A stretch of DNA of 64,000 nucleotides from Candidatus Binatia bacterium. Lineage in GTDB: Bacteria > Desulfobacterota > Binatia > UBA9968 > CAXXLF01. The position numbers and the translations under genes were made by a program. Where the stretch lies: the NCBI GenBank assembly GCA_963664015.2, contig CAXXLF010000001.1, forward strand, positions 1,088,001 to 1,152,000, written 5' to 3'. Under the pieces are notes generated by a model that searched no databases, was not told the origin of the DNA, and saw only the letters and a list, made by a program, of their open reading frames with translations. Below are positions 27,856 through 37,854 of this stretch, piece after piece (position 1 is the stretch's first letter; the number at the start of each line of letters is the position of its first letter).

Positions 27856-28074
27856 CCGTCTGAATTCAGCTGATTGCCATTGTGGCTTGATTTGGCTTGA
27901 TGTGTAAAATCATCCCTCTCCAACAATGTTTTTTCTATATCTTTAACTTGAATCGTTTCTGTTGTAAAGGGCCTAATCCCACGACGTCGATGATGGCCTT
28001 CCCATCTCAATAGGTGCCCGCTGATCGCGTCCTGCCGTCAAGCCGAAAAGTCCCCGGTTTGTAACGTCTTTCCA

Positions 28075-28420
28075 TTGTCTGCCGGGATGCCAGTGGAGGC
28101 CGGGACCGACCTTTCCTTCCGTTAAATCACTGGGATCCCCTTGGACGGATCCCCTCGCTCGGTAAACTCAATCCCATTATGGATCAAGCATTGGAGGATA
28201 CGCTTGGCCTTGGCAGAATTGACAAGATCGGTTCCCATGACGAACCGCTAGGTGAAATTGTCCCAGATGACCGATAGATCTTTATCCATCAGGGTGAGGT
28301 GCGCTGACGTTTATAGCTCCTCAAGGGGTTCCTCCAGCATCAATTCCTGCTCTTCCACCCGGATCGACTTGGATTCGAGCCCCGTGGCCTCGTTGCGTTC
28401 AACGTATGGCCGCCGTTGCC
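28075..28420 (-). pseudogene. Decayed sensor histidine kinase (HATPase region) remnant
   Basis: One frame reads ...LEEPLEEL*...DKDLSVIWD..*..SAKAKRILQCLIHNGIEFTERG, a degenerate N-box (L.NL..NA.KFT..G) with in-frame stops. Confidence 0.6.
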
Positions 28421-28513
28421 GAGATGCACGTCGAGCTACTTGATTTACTTTATTTTCTTCTCCTTCTTTGCTCTCTTTTCTTTCTTTTGTTTGTCCGTAT
28501 ACATATCTGAAGC

Positions 28514-29113
28514 TTACCCCACATAACCACCGTTATTGGCACGGATAATATCGTCGAGGCTCACGCTCGCCGAAACCGATAAGTCGCTCTCCCCATCTCT
28601 CCCCTTGCTGTAAAGGTCAAAATCCGTATTCAAGGGAACGGCCAAAAAATCTTTGCGGGCATTGCCTTTCGACGGTTCGCCGAGATCGGAAAAACTCAAA
28701 TACTCGCGTACGTGACCCCAGGGATCGGGGATCTCGCCCTTGGGTATACTCGCCAGTGAAACCGGCATGCTCCCGTAGGTGAACTCGTACAGTTCGATCC
28801 CGGTTTGCAGCGTATGGCGCATATCCGCAGTCGCTTTAGCACCTTTTGCCTTATCGACGTAGCTGCCGAAATACGGGAGGGCAATACTTATGAGAATCAT
28901 GATGACCGTCGTAGCCACCATCAGCTCGACAAACGTAAAGCCACGGATGCCATATTGCTTGTCCCTGCATGAAAAGTGCAAAACCGGTGCACCAGATCCC
29001 AGTTCGGAGCACAAAAGAGCCCCACTCGCACCGTTGGGCGAGCCGAAGTTGCAAAAAACAGGACCAAACTTGGATTCACCAGATTTCATTCTTAGTGCTT
29101 CGCTTTCGTCCAC
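28514..29113 (-). CDS. Prepilin-type N-terminal methylation protein (GspG-like), possibly truncated by a nonsense codon
   Basis: RG|FTFVELMV cleavage motif with E5, hydrophobic helix, DPWG, DFDLYSKG.DG; start uncertain. Confidence 0.8.
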   Translation of the reverse strand: MDESEALRMKSGESKFGPVFCNFGSPNGASGALLCSELGSGAPVLHFSCRDKQYGIRGFTFVELMVATTVIMILISIALPYFGSYVDKAKGAKATADMRHTLQTGIELYEFTYGSMPVSLASIPKGEIPDPWGHVREYLSFSDLGEPSKGNARKDFLAVPLNTDFDLYSKGRDGESDLSVSASVSLDDIIRANNGGYVG

Positions 29114-29463
29114 GTTACACGTCTTTGATTCTGGATCCTGAGCTCCTCATCGTGACTCGATGAATCGTAGGTAAAGGAAATCTTATGCTCGAAACCTTCG
29201 AGATCCTTGTACGTGATCGTATAGGAGACCTGATCACCTGTGCGGACCGTTTGAATAGCCTTGATAAGGTTGGTATCAACCTGTTCCGCTCCAATTCTAA
29301 AAACTATGTGATCTTTGGTAAACTCTAGAGTCCGGCCCTCATACTCAGCGGCCCTGGTCTTCCACGACCCCAATAGATGATCTGGCATGGTATCCTCTTC
29401 CTCATGACAGCCCAAGAAAAGTAGAGATATCATTGCTGTGATCAAGCCGTTTGCCAGCTTCAT
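29092..29463 (-). CDS. Hypothetical lipoprotein
   Basis: MKLANGLITAMISLLFLG|C lipobox, LLGSWK, beta-rich body. Confidence 0.7.
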   Translation of the reverse strand: MKLANGLITAMISLLFLGCHEEEDTMPDHLLGSWKTRAAEYEGRTLEFTKDHIVFRIGAEQVDTNLIKAIQTVRTGDQVSYTITYKDLEGFEHKISFTYDSSSHDEELRIQNQRRVTWTKAKH

Positions 29464-29545
29464 GATTCCAAAACCCTTTCCCCAGATCTCCTTCCTCAAG
29501 AATCGGTCACACCACGAAACCCAACCCTACGAAAAGGTACAGATA

Positions 29546-29561
29546 TGCACGAATAGTGCCA
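29546..29561 (-). promoter_or_regulatory. sigma54 (-24/-12) promoter
   Basis: TGGCACTATTCGTGCA: GG-N10-GC; AT-rich tract upstream. Confidence 0.65.
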
Positions 29562-29860
29562 CCATGGGAATTCGAGAGATGGAATCCTTAAATAATATAC
29601 GTATTTAGAGACTTACATTCCTGTCTCCCGACACCGATCGCAAGAAACGCCTAACCTTGGCTGTCATCGAAATGCCGTTACACGTCATTCGGCACTCAGG
29701 ACTACAATCTGAGCCCTCTAAACGCGATCATTGGGGTGCGAAGAACCATAAAGCCCACGTTTACGGCGGTTTTGATTACTATTGAGGGGCAGATCAGGCG
29801 AAAGGGAAAACCCTAGAAAAATAGAAGAGTTATGAAACTCCCAATGGTCAGGAGAGGTAG

Positions 29861-31015
29861 TTAGCGCCAGCGAGCCTGGAGCCTTAACAGATCGGTCAAG
29901 AAGGATATGAGATCGGTTATTTTTACCCCCTCGCGCTGGGTGATCTCGGTCCAGCTGGCGTTATTCCTATAGCGGCCCACGACCCGACGGATGGAGGCTT
30001 GCCTTAAATAGGACGTCCCTTTCAAGGCCGCATACTCACCTAGGCTAACACGAAGCTGTTGGATCTCCTGGAGCAGCTCCCTCCAGTCTCTGCTGCGTAC
30101 TCGGTAACCCAGTGCCTGGAGCATGGCCTTCTGTCCCGGTGCATCTCCCGTCTGTTTATTGACCGTTCCTATTTTTTTGAGCAGTGCCCTCTCGGCCAGG
30201 GCCTGGGGTGAATCAAGAGCCTTCAGCGATGGCAGCAACTCGGGGATGGCTTGGGAGGTACGGTAAAACTTTAAGGCCTCGGGGATCCATGCGCGCAGTT
30301 GCTGCGTGCGCTTCGTATATCCGGGATGTGTGGACATGAAGCCCGGAGGTGCCCCCTGCCCCTTTGCGGCAGCCTCTCTCTCCATCCGTTTCCACAGCTC
30401 CAGGGACGCCCTTGGGTCATACCCTGCTTGGGCCATGAGCCTGAGACCGATCCGGTCCGCCTCCAACTCCTGCGAGCGACCGAAGGGAAGAATCACTCCA
30501 AAGGCAGTGCCTGCGCCGTAGATCTGCATCCAAACCGGATCTACGCCGAAACCCGTTCCAACCATCGCCGGAATCTGTAAGAGTTGGTTCTGACTCATCC
30601 GTTCCGCTCCATGACGGGCCAGGGCATGGGCCACCTCATGACCCATGACTACCGCTAAACCTGCCTCGTCCCGGGCAGCGGGAAAGATCCCCGTATAGAC
30701 AGCCACCTTCCCCCCGGGAACGGCAAAGGCGTTGGCCATCTCGGGATCGTCAATAATTGTAAACTCCCACTTGTAATCGGGCTTGTTGGCGACCCGTGCT
30801 ATCTTCTCTCCTACTTTGCGCACCAGGCGCATAGCCTTGGGGTTTTCTGAGATCACACTCTGGCGCAAAATCGCACGATAGGCCTGCTCGCCCTCGCTGA
30901 TCTCCGTGCCTTCGGAGATGATCATAAACTGCTTTCTGCCGGTGATGAGCACCGTTGCACAGGCGGGGATGAGGAATACCAGGAGGATAAAGCCCAAAGG
31001 GCGAATGTTCAGCAT
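29861..31015 (-). CDS. M48 family zinc metallopeptidase lipoprotein with C-terminal extension
   Basis: IPA|C lipobox, NAFAVPGG, HEVAH, ELEADRIG, STHP. Confidence 0.92.
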   Translation of the reverse strand: MLNIRPLGFILLVFLIPACATVLITGRKQFMIISEGTEISEGEQAYRAILRQSVISENPKAMRLVRKVGEKIARVANKPDYKWEFTIIDDPEMANAFAVPGGKVAVYTGIFPAARDEAGLAVVMGHEVAHALARHGAERMSQNQLLQIPAMVGTGFGVDPVWMQIYGAGTAFGVILPFGRSQELEADRIGLRLMAQAGYDPRASLELWKRMEREAAAKGQGAPPGFMSTHPGYTKRTQQLRAWIPEALKFYRTSQAIPELLPSLKALDSPQALAERALLKKIGTVNKQTGDAPGQKAMLQALGYRVRSRDWRELLQEIQQLRVSLGEYAALKGTSYLRQASIRRVVGRYRNNASWTEITQREGVKITDLISFLTDLLRLQARWR

Positions 31016-31049
31016 GATGGTAAGTAAATTTATTCCTTTTCCGGCGCTT

Positions 31050-32462
31050 TCACAACAATCTATAGAACCCCATCTTGCCTGGATTCATGATCTCATTAGG
31101 ATCCAGGGTTCTCTTTATCCGGCCCATGATTTCGTTTCCTTGTCCATGCTCGCGGGCCATGAGGGAAGCCAATTTTAACCCCACACCGTGGCAATACTCC
31201 ATCGACCCTGCCATCTCCTGAACCAAGAGTAAGAGCTCCTTGACGGCATCTTCTAAAGCAGCCGGCCCTCGCTGGTCCTTTTCTAGCGCCAGGCGCAAAG
31301 AGAAAAGCTCCGGCTGTGTCCAAAGCCCGCTTTCCTGGAGACGCACGCCATGGGTGGCAACGATTTGCTTCGCCGCTCCTCTAAAAGCCAGGACCTGAGC
31401 CACGGGAAGGGCCACATGGATAAAATCCCGGGGGAAGGCTTCGTTTCTACGTTGCCTCCCCTGCCGCCTATCCTTCCGATTGTGCATGAAGCGATAGGCG
31501 ATATCATGACGCTCGCTCCAGAAGCGCTCTGCGTCCTGATCCGGTAGCCTCTTCGCCTTGGCCTCAGTGCAAACGGCCACCGCCAATCGTTCCTCCGCTT
31601 GCACCAGTTCCCGAGTCCCCTCGAAACCCAGATAGAGAACGGCCCCGTCATCGGACTTTACCGGATCATCGCCGAAGTCCATCAGGGACGGCCGTAGCCC
31701 CAGAACGGAGAACCTTTTGATGGCTTCGAAACCGGCTTCAAACGAAGCGAAGTGAAAGGCCAGAAGGGAGCGGTGTTCCGGTACCGGGAAGGCCCTCAGA
31801 GTCGCCTCCGTAACAATACCAAAGCAGCCCTCTCCCCCGATCATGAGCCGCTTTAAGTCGATACCCGTGGAAGACTTGGGCACTGCCCGGGTCTGAAGGT
31901 GCTCCCCCTGGGGCATGACTGCCTCCAGCCCTAGGACCTGATCACCCATGGAGCCGTATTTACCCCCGCGGTACCCCAGGCTGTTCGTGGAGATGGCTCC
32001 TCCCACCGTCGCTACAGGATAGGTCCACGGATCGTGTCCGAGCATCAACCCCTTTTCATTCAAGGCCTGATCCAGGGATTTGAGTATACAGCCCGCCTGC
32101 ACGCGAACCAGGCGTGACTCCACGTCGATATTGACGACCTCCGCCATGCGCTTGAGATCCACAACAATCCCAGACCGAACTGAAACCGCAGCCCCCATGA
32201 GACCCGACCCTCCACCATAGGGGACCAGAGAAAACTTCTCCTGGTTGGCCATGAGAACAAGCTCCCGAACCTCCTCAGTCGATGCCGGGAGGGCCACGCA
32301 AAATGGGCTTGTGTACCCAAATTTCTCCCGTGGGTGGATTCGATCCACGCTGAGTGCGTCCCAGGAGCGCTCATCTAAGACCGTGGGGTCTGTAACCAAC
32401 CCCTCTCTTCCCAGTAGTCGGGACATTCGAGTCATGATTTTTTCTACTGTGCTCATGGACAT
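31050..32462 (-). CDS. FAD-binding oxidoreductase (GlcD / alkyl-DHAP synthase-like)
   Basis: PYGGGSGL.G, ATVGG, GGEGCFGIVT, HGVG, LDP..IMNPGK. Confidence 0.9.
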   Translation of the reverse strand: MSMSTVEKIMTRMSRLLGREGLVTDPTVLDERSWDALSVDRIHPREKFGYTSPFCVALPASTEEVRELVLMANQEKFSLVPYGGGSGLMGAAVSVRSGIVVDLKRMAEVVNIDVESRLVRVQAGCILKSLDQALNEKGLMLGHDPWTYPVATVGGAISTNSLGYRGGKYGSMGDQVLGLEAVMPQGEHLQTRAVPKSSTGIDLKRLMIGGEGCFGIVTEATLRAFPVPEHRSLLAFHFASFEAGFEAIKRFSVLGLRPSLMDFGDDPVKSDDGAVLYLGFEGTRELVQAEERLAVAVCTEAKAKRLPDQDAERFWSERHDIAYRFMHNRKDRRQGRQRRNEAFPRDFIHVALPVAQVLAFRGAAKQIVATHGVRLQESGLWTQPELFSLRLALEKDQRGPAALEDAVKELLLLVQEMAGSMEYCHGVGLKLASLMAREHGQGNEIMGRIKRTLDPNEIMNPGKMGFYRLL

Positions 32463-32541
32463 TCAACCTCGAAATTCTTCAAATCAGGTTCCACCGGTCT
32501 TCCCATCACGACAGGAGCGAAACCCGTGCAGCAAAAGCGCC

Positions 32542-33312
32542 TCACCGCATCGCGGCGCCACCATCGACCACCATCGAATGACCGGTCATGAAGTCGCTCA
32601 GAGGAGAGGCTAGAAAGAGCATGGCGCCCACCAGGTCTTCAGGGACCTGCACGCGTTTGATGGCGCGTTGCTGCATTGGCTGCTGTCGCATCCGAAGGAT
32701 TTCCTCGGTGGGATTTTCCTCGGAGAGGGTCGAACCCGGGACCAGGGCGTTGACCTGGATGTTGTCCCCGCCCACTTCGCGAGCCAGTGTACGGGTCATT
32801 CCCAGGACACCGGCCTTCGAAGCAACGTAGTGAATTCGGCCAGGAGGGCCGACCAGGGCCGTCCCAGAGCCAATGTTAATGATCTTTCCCGACTTCTGTG
32901 CCCGCATAGCCGGGAGTACCGCTCTCGCGCACAGAAAAGGGCCTTTCAAGTTAACGGCTATCAAACGGTCCCATTCGGCCAATTCAATAGACTCGATACC
33001 CCCTCGATTCATCGGGATCGTGGCAAAGATCGCCGCGTTATTCACCAACACATCGATCCGGCCAAACCGATCCAGTGTCGCGGCCGCCATAGCTTTGGTA
33101 GAGGCCTCGTCGGAGACATCAACAGAAATCACCATGGCCTCGCTTCCCGTATCCCGAGTGACCAGCGAGGCCACCTGGTCGGCGGCGCCGTAATCGATGT
33201 CCGCAACCACGACACAGGCGCCCGCCTTGCCAAAGCCCTGACAGTAGGCCTTACCGATCCCGTGCCCGCCTCCGGTCATAATGACAACCTTGCCCTTCAG
33301 TCCTTCAACCAT
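32542..33312 (-). CDS. Classical SDR oxidoreductase
   Basis: TGGGHGIG, NNAA, YVASK, VDGG; AAGGAGG RBS before ATG at 33312. Confidence 0.93.
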   Translation of the reverse strand: MVEGLKGKVVIMTGGGHGIGKAYCQGFGKAGACVVVADIDYGAADQVASLVTRDTGSEAMVISVDVSDEASTKAMAAATLDRFGRIDVLVNNAAIFATIPMNRGGIESIELAEWDRLIAVNLKGPFLCARAVLPAMRAQKSGKIINIGSGTALVGPPGRIHYVASKAGVLGMTRTLAREVGGDNIQVNALVPGSTLSEENPTEEILRMRQQPMQQRAIKRVQVPEDLVGAMLFLASPLSDFMTGHSMVVDGGAAMR

Positions 33313-33759
33313 GATTTCCTCCTTATGAAAATACGTGTCAGCGGTCATTTAACTTTCTACAGGGGAACCGGCAACCGTTTCAAGAGATCGCCCATCCAGA
33401 CGTGGAGAACTGGACGGACAGAACCATCCTCCATATCGTGCACGTTTCGCCGTACTTCAACTGTCGGACTCAAGTCGTAGACCGACTGGGAAAAGAATTA
33501 GGGAACTGGCACATCGATTGTGCCGGTGACAGGTCTGATGGGGAGGCTAAATTAGCTCAGGAGCGGGGTGTCCCTGTATGGCGAGACCCAAGGGAGGGGG
33601 GGTGCGATAACGAACCGATTGCCACGGAGGCCGATGACGCGGTCTTTTGCCGCAAGGATTCGTTCGACAAGGTTCCTCGGTGACAGCGCTCGGGTCCGCC
33701 GGGCAGCGGCTTCGGTTCCGATGCCAGTGTGTAGTTGTTTTTGGGTAGAGGTCTATTCA

Positions 33760-35366
33760 TCGCGTTAAGGCCATGCGATGTAAGGCGGGGAAGCGTCTGC
33801 CAGGTTGATCGGAGCTCCTTCCCATCGTGGAACGAAGACCCTAGATAGGAATATAAGAAACGCATTCGGTCCGTTGTTCCTAAGGACTTTTGATTGCCAA
33901 GGGACATATTCAACTGTACTAGATTTAGTAGCCTCTGGTATTTGTTAATACAGTCAGATACCGTGACTTTATCCAGTGCGATCAAACCAAATTCGAATGC
34001 ATCGGAACTTTCTACCTTGACCAGAATGTTTGAGGCTGTCAATTCTCAATGGTAAATGCACCGATCGTGTAAGCGACGCACATACCGGGCGAGTTGGGTC
34101 ACCAATCGTCGTTTCAACCCCGATTCCCCGGCACTAAAAGTCGAAAAAGCCCTTTTTGAATATACTGATCCAAACTCTTCTCGCCAGGCTCGTCCTGGTA
34201 TAGGAAACAACTTTCCTGAGCCATCCCCCATTGCCTTTTGCTCACACAGGCCAATGGCAACCTTGTTGCGACCCTACGTCGCAGTAGCGCATTGCCAACA
34301 ACCCAGCATCTTTCGGCGCGAGAAAAACGAAGCACGCTTTTCAGCCTGTCCAAGAACCCATGGACCGGATATCGACGCACGATGAAATTCACAGGTTCAG
34401 TTTCCATGCGACTTGATGCCGCTTTGACCGTTTGCCTCATGGAGACATTTTGAGAATGTTTCCATCGATTCGTCCGGTCCGAAATATTCCACGAAACGGC
34501 GGATTAAAAAATTGGCTATAGACCCGATTCTCCCGCAAGCATGACTTCCCCCGATAGTGGTAATGACGATCACACAACCTAGTCGACTTTACCTCAATCG
34601 AACGAACCGTTGCCTTATAGGAGCACAAAGGGATAGGGGGTAAGACGCATATATTCTTTAAGAAATCGACTTCGATCCGAGCGGCTCAAGAAGAACGGGG
34701 AATACAGATTAAACCGCGCTAATGAGTTGATTCTTTTTTTAATGAGAGTTGTTGATAAATCCGCGCTCGATCCAGGCCCAACAACCGTAGACGATAGCCC
34801 CCTCCAAGACTTTCAATGAGAATATTTCCCGCGTGCAGGTCTCTATGATCCACACGATGGGCGTGAACTTGAGCCACTAATCAAGCAACCCGTCAAATGA
34901 GCTCCCGTTTCGACTTGAGGGAACATTGCGGCTGGTTTTTGGCCGATTCACGAATAACATACTCATCGAGGGATTCACAAAACTGAAGTCCCTCGGAAAC
35001 AAGATAGCTCTCCCGTAAGAGCTTCCCCCACCGGATTTCTTCATAAGCGATTGGAACCACCGTATGAATTCCAAACTTGGCAATTCGATGGGTCATGTCC
35101 CATTCTTTTCGGGCTTTCGAAATCGAGAAAAAGTCCCTTAGAGTTTCCGACCATCTTAGCCGGTGGTGCTTAACGACAACTTGTAGCGGCTTTGCGCCCT
35201 GGAGTATTTCCAACCCAACGACCCGCCGAACGGTAGAGCTTTTGACAATCTCCGCTTGACCAGATCCGGGGAGCACTCTCGCCAGAGCATCTACTCGGGA
35301 ACGGAATCGGGGCCTGGTGCGCCACACGATTCCGTGATTGGTGATTTGAGTATTCTTAAGGTTCAT
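33760..35366 (-). pseudogene. Fragmented tandem-domain LPS kinase (Kdo/WaaP/InaA family)
   Basis: Fragments in several frames: SKARKEW...GIHTVVPIA; HRDLHAGNIL (34847-34818); SRAERCW; LHDRCIYH*ELTASNILV...LIALD. Confidence 0.8.
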
Positions 35367-35416
35367 CGTTGCCTCGGGATCACGGTACGGCCCCTTCTTC
35401 ACGGCAGATGACACAG

Positions 35417-36200
35417 TTATTTCGGATACGACCAAGCCCGATGGTTGTCCGGACTTTCCCTCCGACCGTTCAAGAGGTTCTCACGCCCTGAATAAAGCGA
35501 TCCGGGTAGATCCGGGCTGTACCGAAAACGTCGATGGGACCACATCCACTGATCCGGATAGCAACGTATCAGGCTCTCCACAATTTCGTTGCAACGTGCC
35601 GTTAATTCAATGATATCGCGTTTTCGGTCACCACTACGCTCGTACTGAAGCGCGGCCAAAGACCCGGCCTGATGATGATCGGGAGCATCACGAAAAAGAT
35701 AAAAAGGAACCACCGGTGCACCGGTTTTAAGAGCAAGAGTGGCAAGTCCGACAGACGTTGAGCAACGGGCACCGAACAGAGGAACCAAAACCCCTTGTTT
35801 TCGTTTTGAATACCGATCCATGAGCACCCCGATTGCGCGGCCCTCACGTAAACTCTGGAGGATCTTTACTGCGCCATTTCGATGATCGATCAACTCGGCC
35901 CCCGAGCGACACCTCCACGCCGCAATCTTCGCGTAGAGGGACGGATTGGGCACTCTTCGAGCCACCATGCTCACGGGAATACCGGCCAGACCCAGCACGC
36001 TGGGGGCCAGCTCGAAGCCTCCCAAATGTAGTGTTAGCCCTATTACACCTTTGCCCATCGCTCGCGCCGCATCGAGGTACTTAAACCCCTTAATTTCAAC
36101 CCGCCTGCGAATGTCTTAATCACTCCATTCGTTGAAGCGCAGAGTATCGATCATATTGCGCGCAAGATTTTCGTAGCTTCGCTGCCCAATCTGACGCCGT
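35417..36200 (-). pseudogene. LpxL/HtrB-family lipid A acyltransferase, N-terminally truncated
   Basis: HLGGFE (HX4E), VPLFG, PDQWMWSHRRF; frame extends upstream (RSYENLAR...WSD*DIRRRVEIKG) with TAA at 36118-36116; no start or TM anchor. Confidence 0.8.
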
Positions 36201-36339
36201 CGAACGCGTAGTTCTCAGGTATCCAGACCAATGGGCATGGATTCAGCCCCGGGAAATTACGACGCCCGAGACATTAAAAATTAAAAGAGACCAAAGACGG
36301 AGGAATCGACGCAAACAATTGGTAGATTCAAAACCATAG
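36196..36339 (+). pseudogene. C-terminal remnant of a second LpxL-family gene
   Basis: AVERVVLRYPDQWAWIQPR...KP* matches the family C-terminal motif. Confidence 0.65.
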
Positions 36340-36365
36340 AGACTACGAGTGTTGGCGTTAGCAGC

Positions 36366-37793
36366 TTAGCGTTGCTGCACGGCCTCAAAGAGATGGAGTT
36401 GCTTGGCCTTCCCCTCGTCATCGAAGTGAAGCGGGTAATTGCCACTGAAACAAGCGTCGCAGAAGCCGCCGGTATCGCCGTTTACGAATACGTACATCCC
36501 CTCGCGGCTGAGATAACCCAGGGAGTCGGCCCCGACAAACTTGCAGATGTCCTCTACGGCATTGGAAGAGGCGATGAGCTCGCCTCGGCTTGGCGTATCG
36601 ATGCCGTAATAGCAGGGTCCCGTAGTGGGTGGCGAACTGATCCGGAGGTGAACTTCCACTGCCCCCGCATCACGTAGCATACCGATAATCTTACGAGCCG
36701 TGGTACCGCGCACTATGGAGTCGTCCACGACCACAACCCGCTTACCCTCCAATACATCCCTCTGAGCGTTGAGCTTGATCTTGACACCAAAGTGCCGAAT
36801 GGACTGCTGGGGCTCGATAAAGGTCCGTCCAACGTAGTGGTTACGGATCAGACCAAAATCCAAGGGCAAGCCGGACTCCTCCGCATAACCTAGCGCTGCG
36901 GGCACCCCGGAATCCGGCACTGGAGTGACCAGATCGGCCTCCACCGGGCGTTCCCGGGCGAGTTGACGACCCAGCTCCTTTCGAATCTGGTAGACGTTGC
37001 GACCGTATATATTGCTGTCCGGGCGGGAAAAATAGACATATTCAAAGATACACTTGGCATGGGGGACGGGTGGAAACGGCTTGAGGGATTCCATCCCCTG
37101 GGGACTAAAGGTGATCACCTCACCGGGCTCAACTTCTCGTATATAGTCGGCTTCAATCAGATCCAGAACACATGTCTCGGACGCCACCACATAACCATCG
37201 TGACCGGTGGAACCCTTCATTCGCCCAACCACCAGCGGGCGAAACCCCATGGGATCGCGGGCTGCAATCATCCGATCCAAGGTGAGAAAAACCAGTGAAT
37301 AGGCACCGTGGGCGCGGCCCAGAGAATCAACCAGTCGCCCCATGAGGCTTTTTTCCTTAGATGTAGCGATGAGATGGATCAGGACTTCAGTATCTGAAGT
37401 AGACTGAAAGATGGATCCGGACGCCTCTAATTCCCCTCGTAGAACCTGGGAGTTGACCAGGTTCCCGTTATGCGCCACAGCAATGGGTCCATCGGCATAT
37501 TCCACCACCAGCGGCTGTGCGTTTTTTAGATAACTTTCACCCGTTGTGGAATAGCGGTTATGACCGATAGCGGTGGAGCCCTTGAGGTGCTGGATGACGT
37601 CTTCTTTGAAGATGTCGGCAACCAACCCCATCTGGCGGTGAGAGATCAGCGCCGACCCATCGGATGAAACAATACCGGCGGATTCCTGACCCCGGTGCTG
37701 CAGGGCGTACAGGCCGAGATAGACCATGTTGGCTGCCTCCGGGTGACCGTAGACTCCAACCACGCCGCACTCTTCATGAAACTTATCGAACAA
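36366..37793 (-). CDS. purF: Amidophosphoribosyltransferase
   Basis: EECG propeptide, LQHRGQESAG, VVDDSIVRGTT, CDACF. Confidence 0.99.
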   Translation of the reverse strand: MFDKFHEECGVVGVYGHPEAANMVYLGLYALQHRGQESAGIVSSDGSALISHRQMGLVADIFKEDVIQHLKGSTAIGHNRYSTTGESYLKNAQPLVVEYADGPIAVAHNGNLVNSQVLRGELEASGSIFQSTSDTEVLIHLIATSKEKSLMGRLVDSLGRAHGAYSLVFLTLDRMIAARDPMGFRPLVVGRMKGSTGHDGYVVASETCVLDLIEADYIREVEPGEVITFSPQGMESLKPFPPVPHAKCIFEYVYFSRPDSNIYGRNVYQIRKELGRQLARERPVEADLVTPVPDSGVPAALGYAEESGLPLDFGLIRNHYVGRTFIEPQQSIRHFGVKIKLNAQRDVLEGKRVVVVDDSIVRGTTARKIIGMLRDAGAVEVHLRISSPPTTGPCYYGIDTPSRGELIASSNAVEDICKFVGADSLGYLSREGMYVFVNGDTGGFCDACFSGNYPLHFDDEGKAKQLHLFEAVQQR

Positions 37794-37854
37794 CAGCTGA
37801 TACCTGATTCCTATCCACTTGGTAATCCGTTATGGAATCTACAATGAAACCGAT

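Noticed and set aside
33402-33683. 93-aa ORF containing DGEAKLAQERGVPVW
   Set aside because: Possibly a gene fragment, but there is no RBS or confident family assignment.
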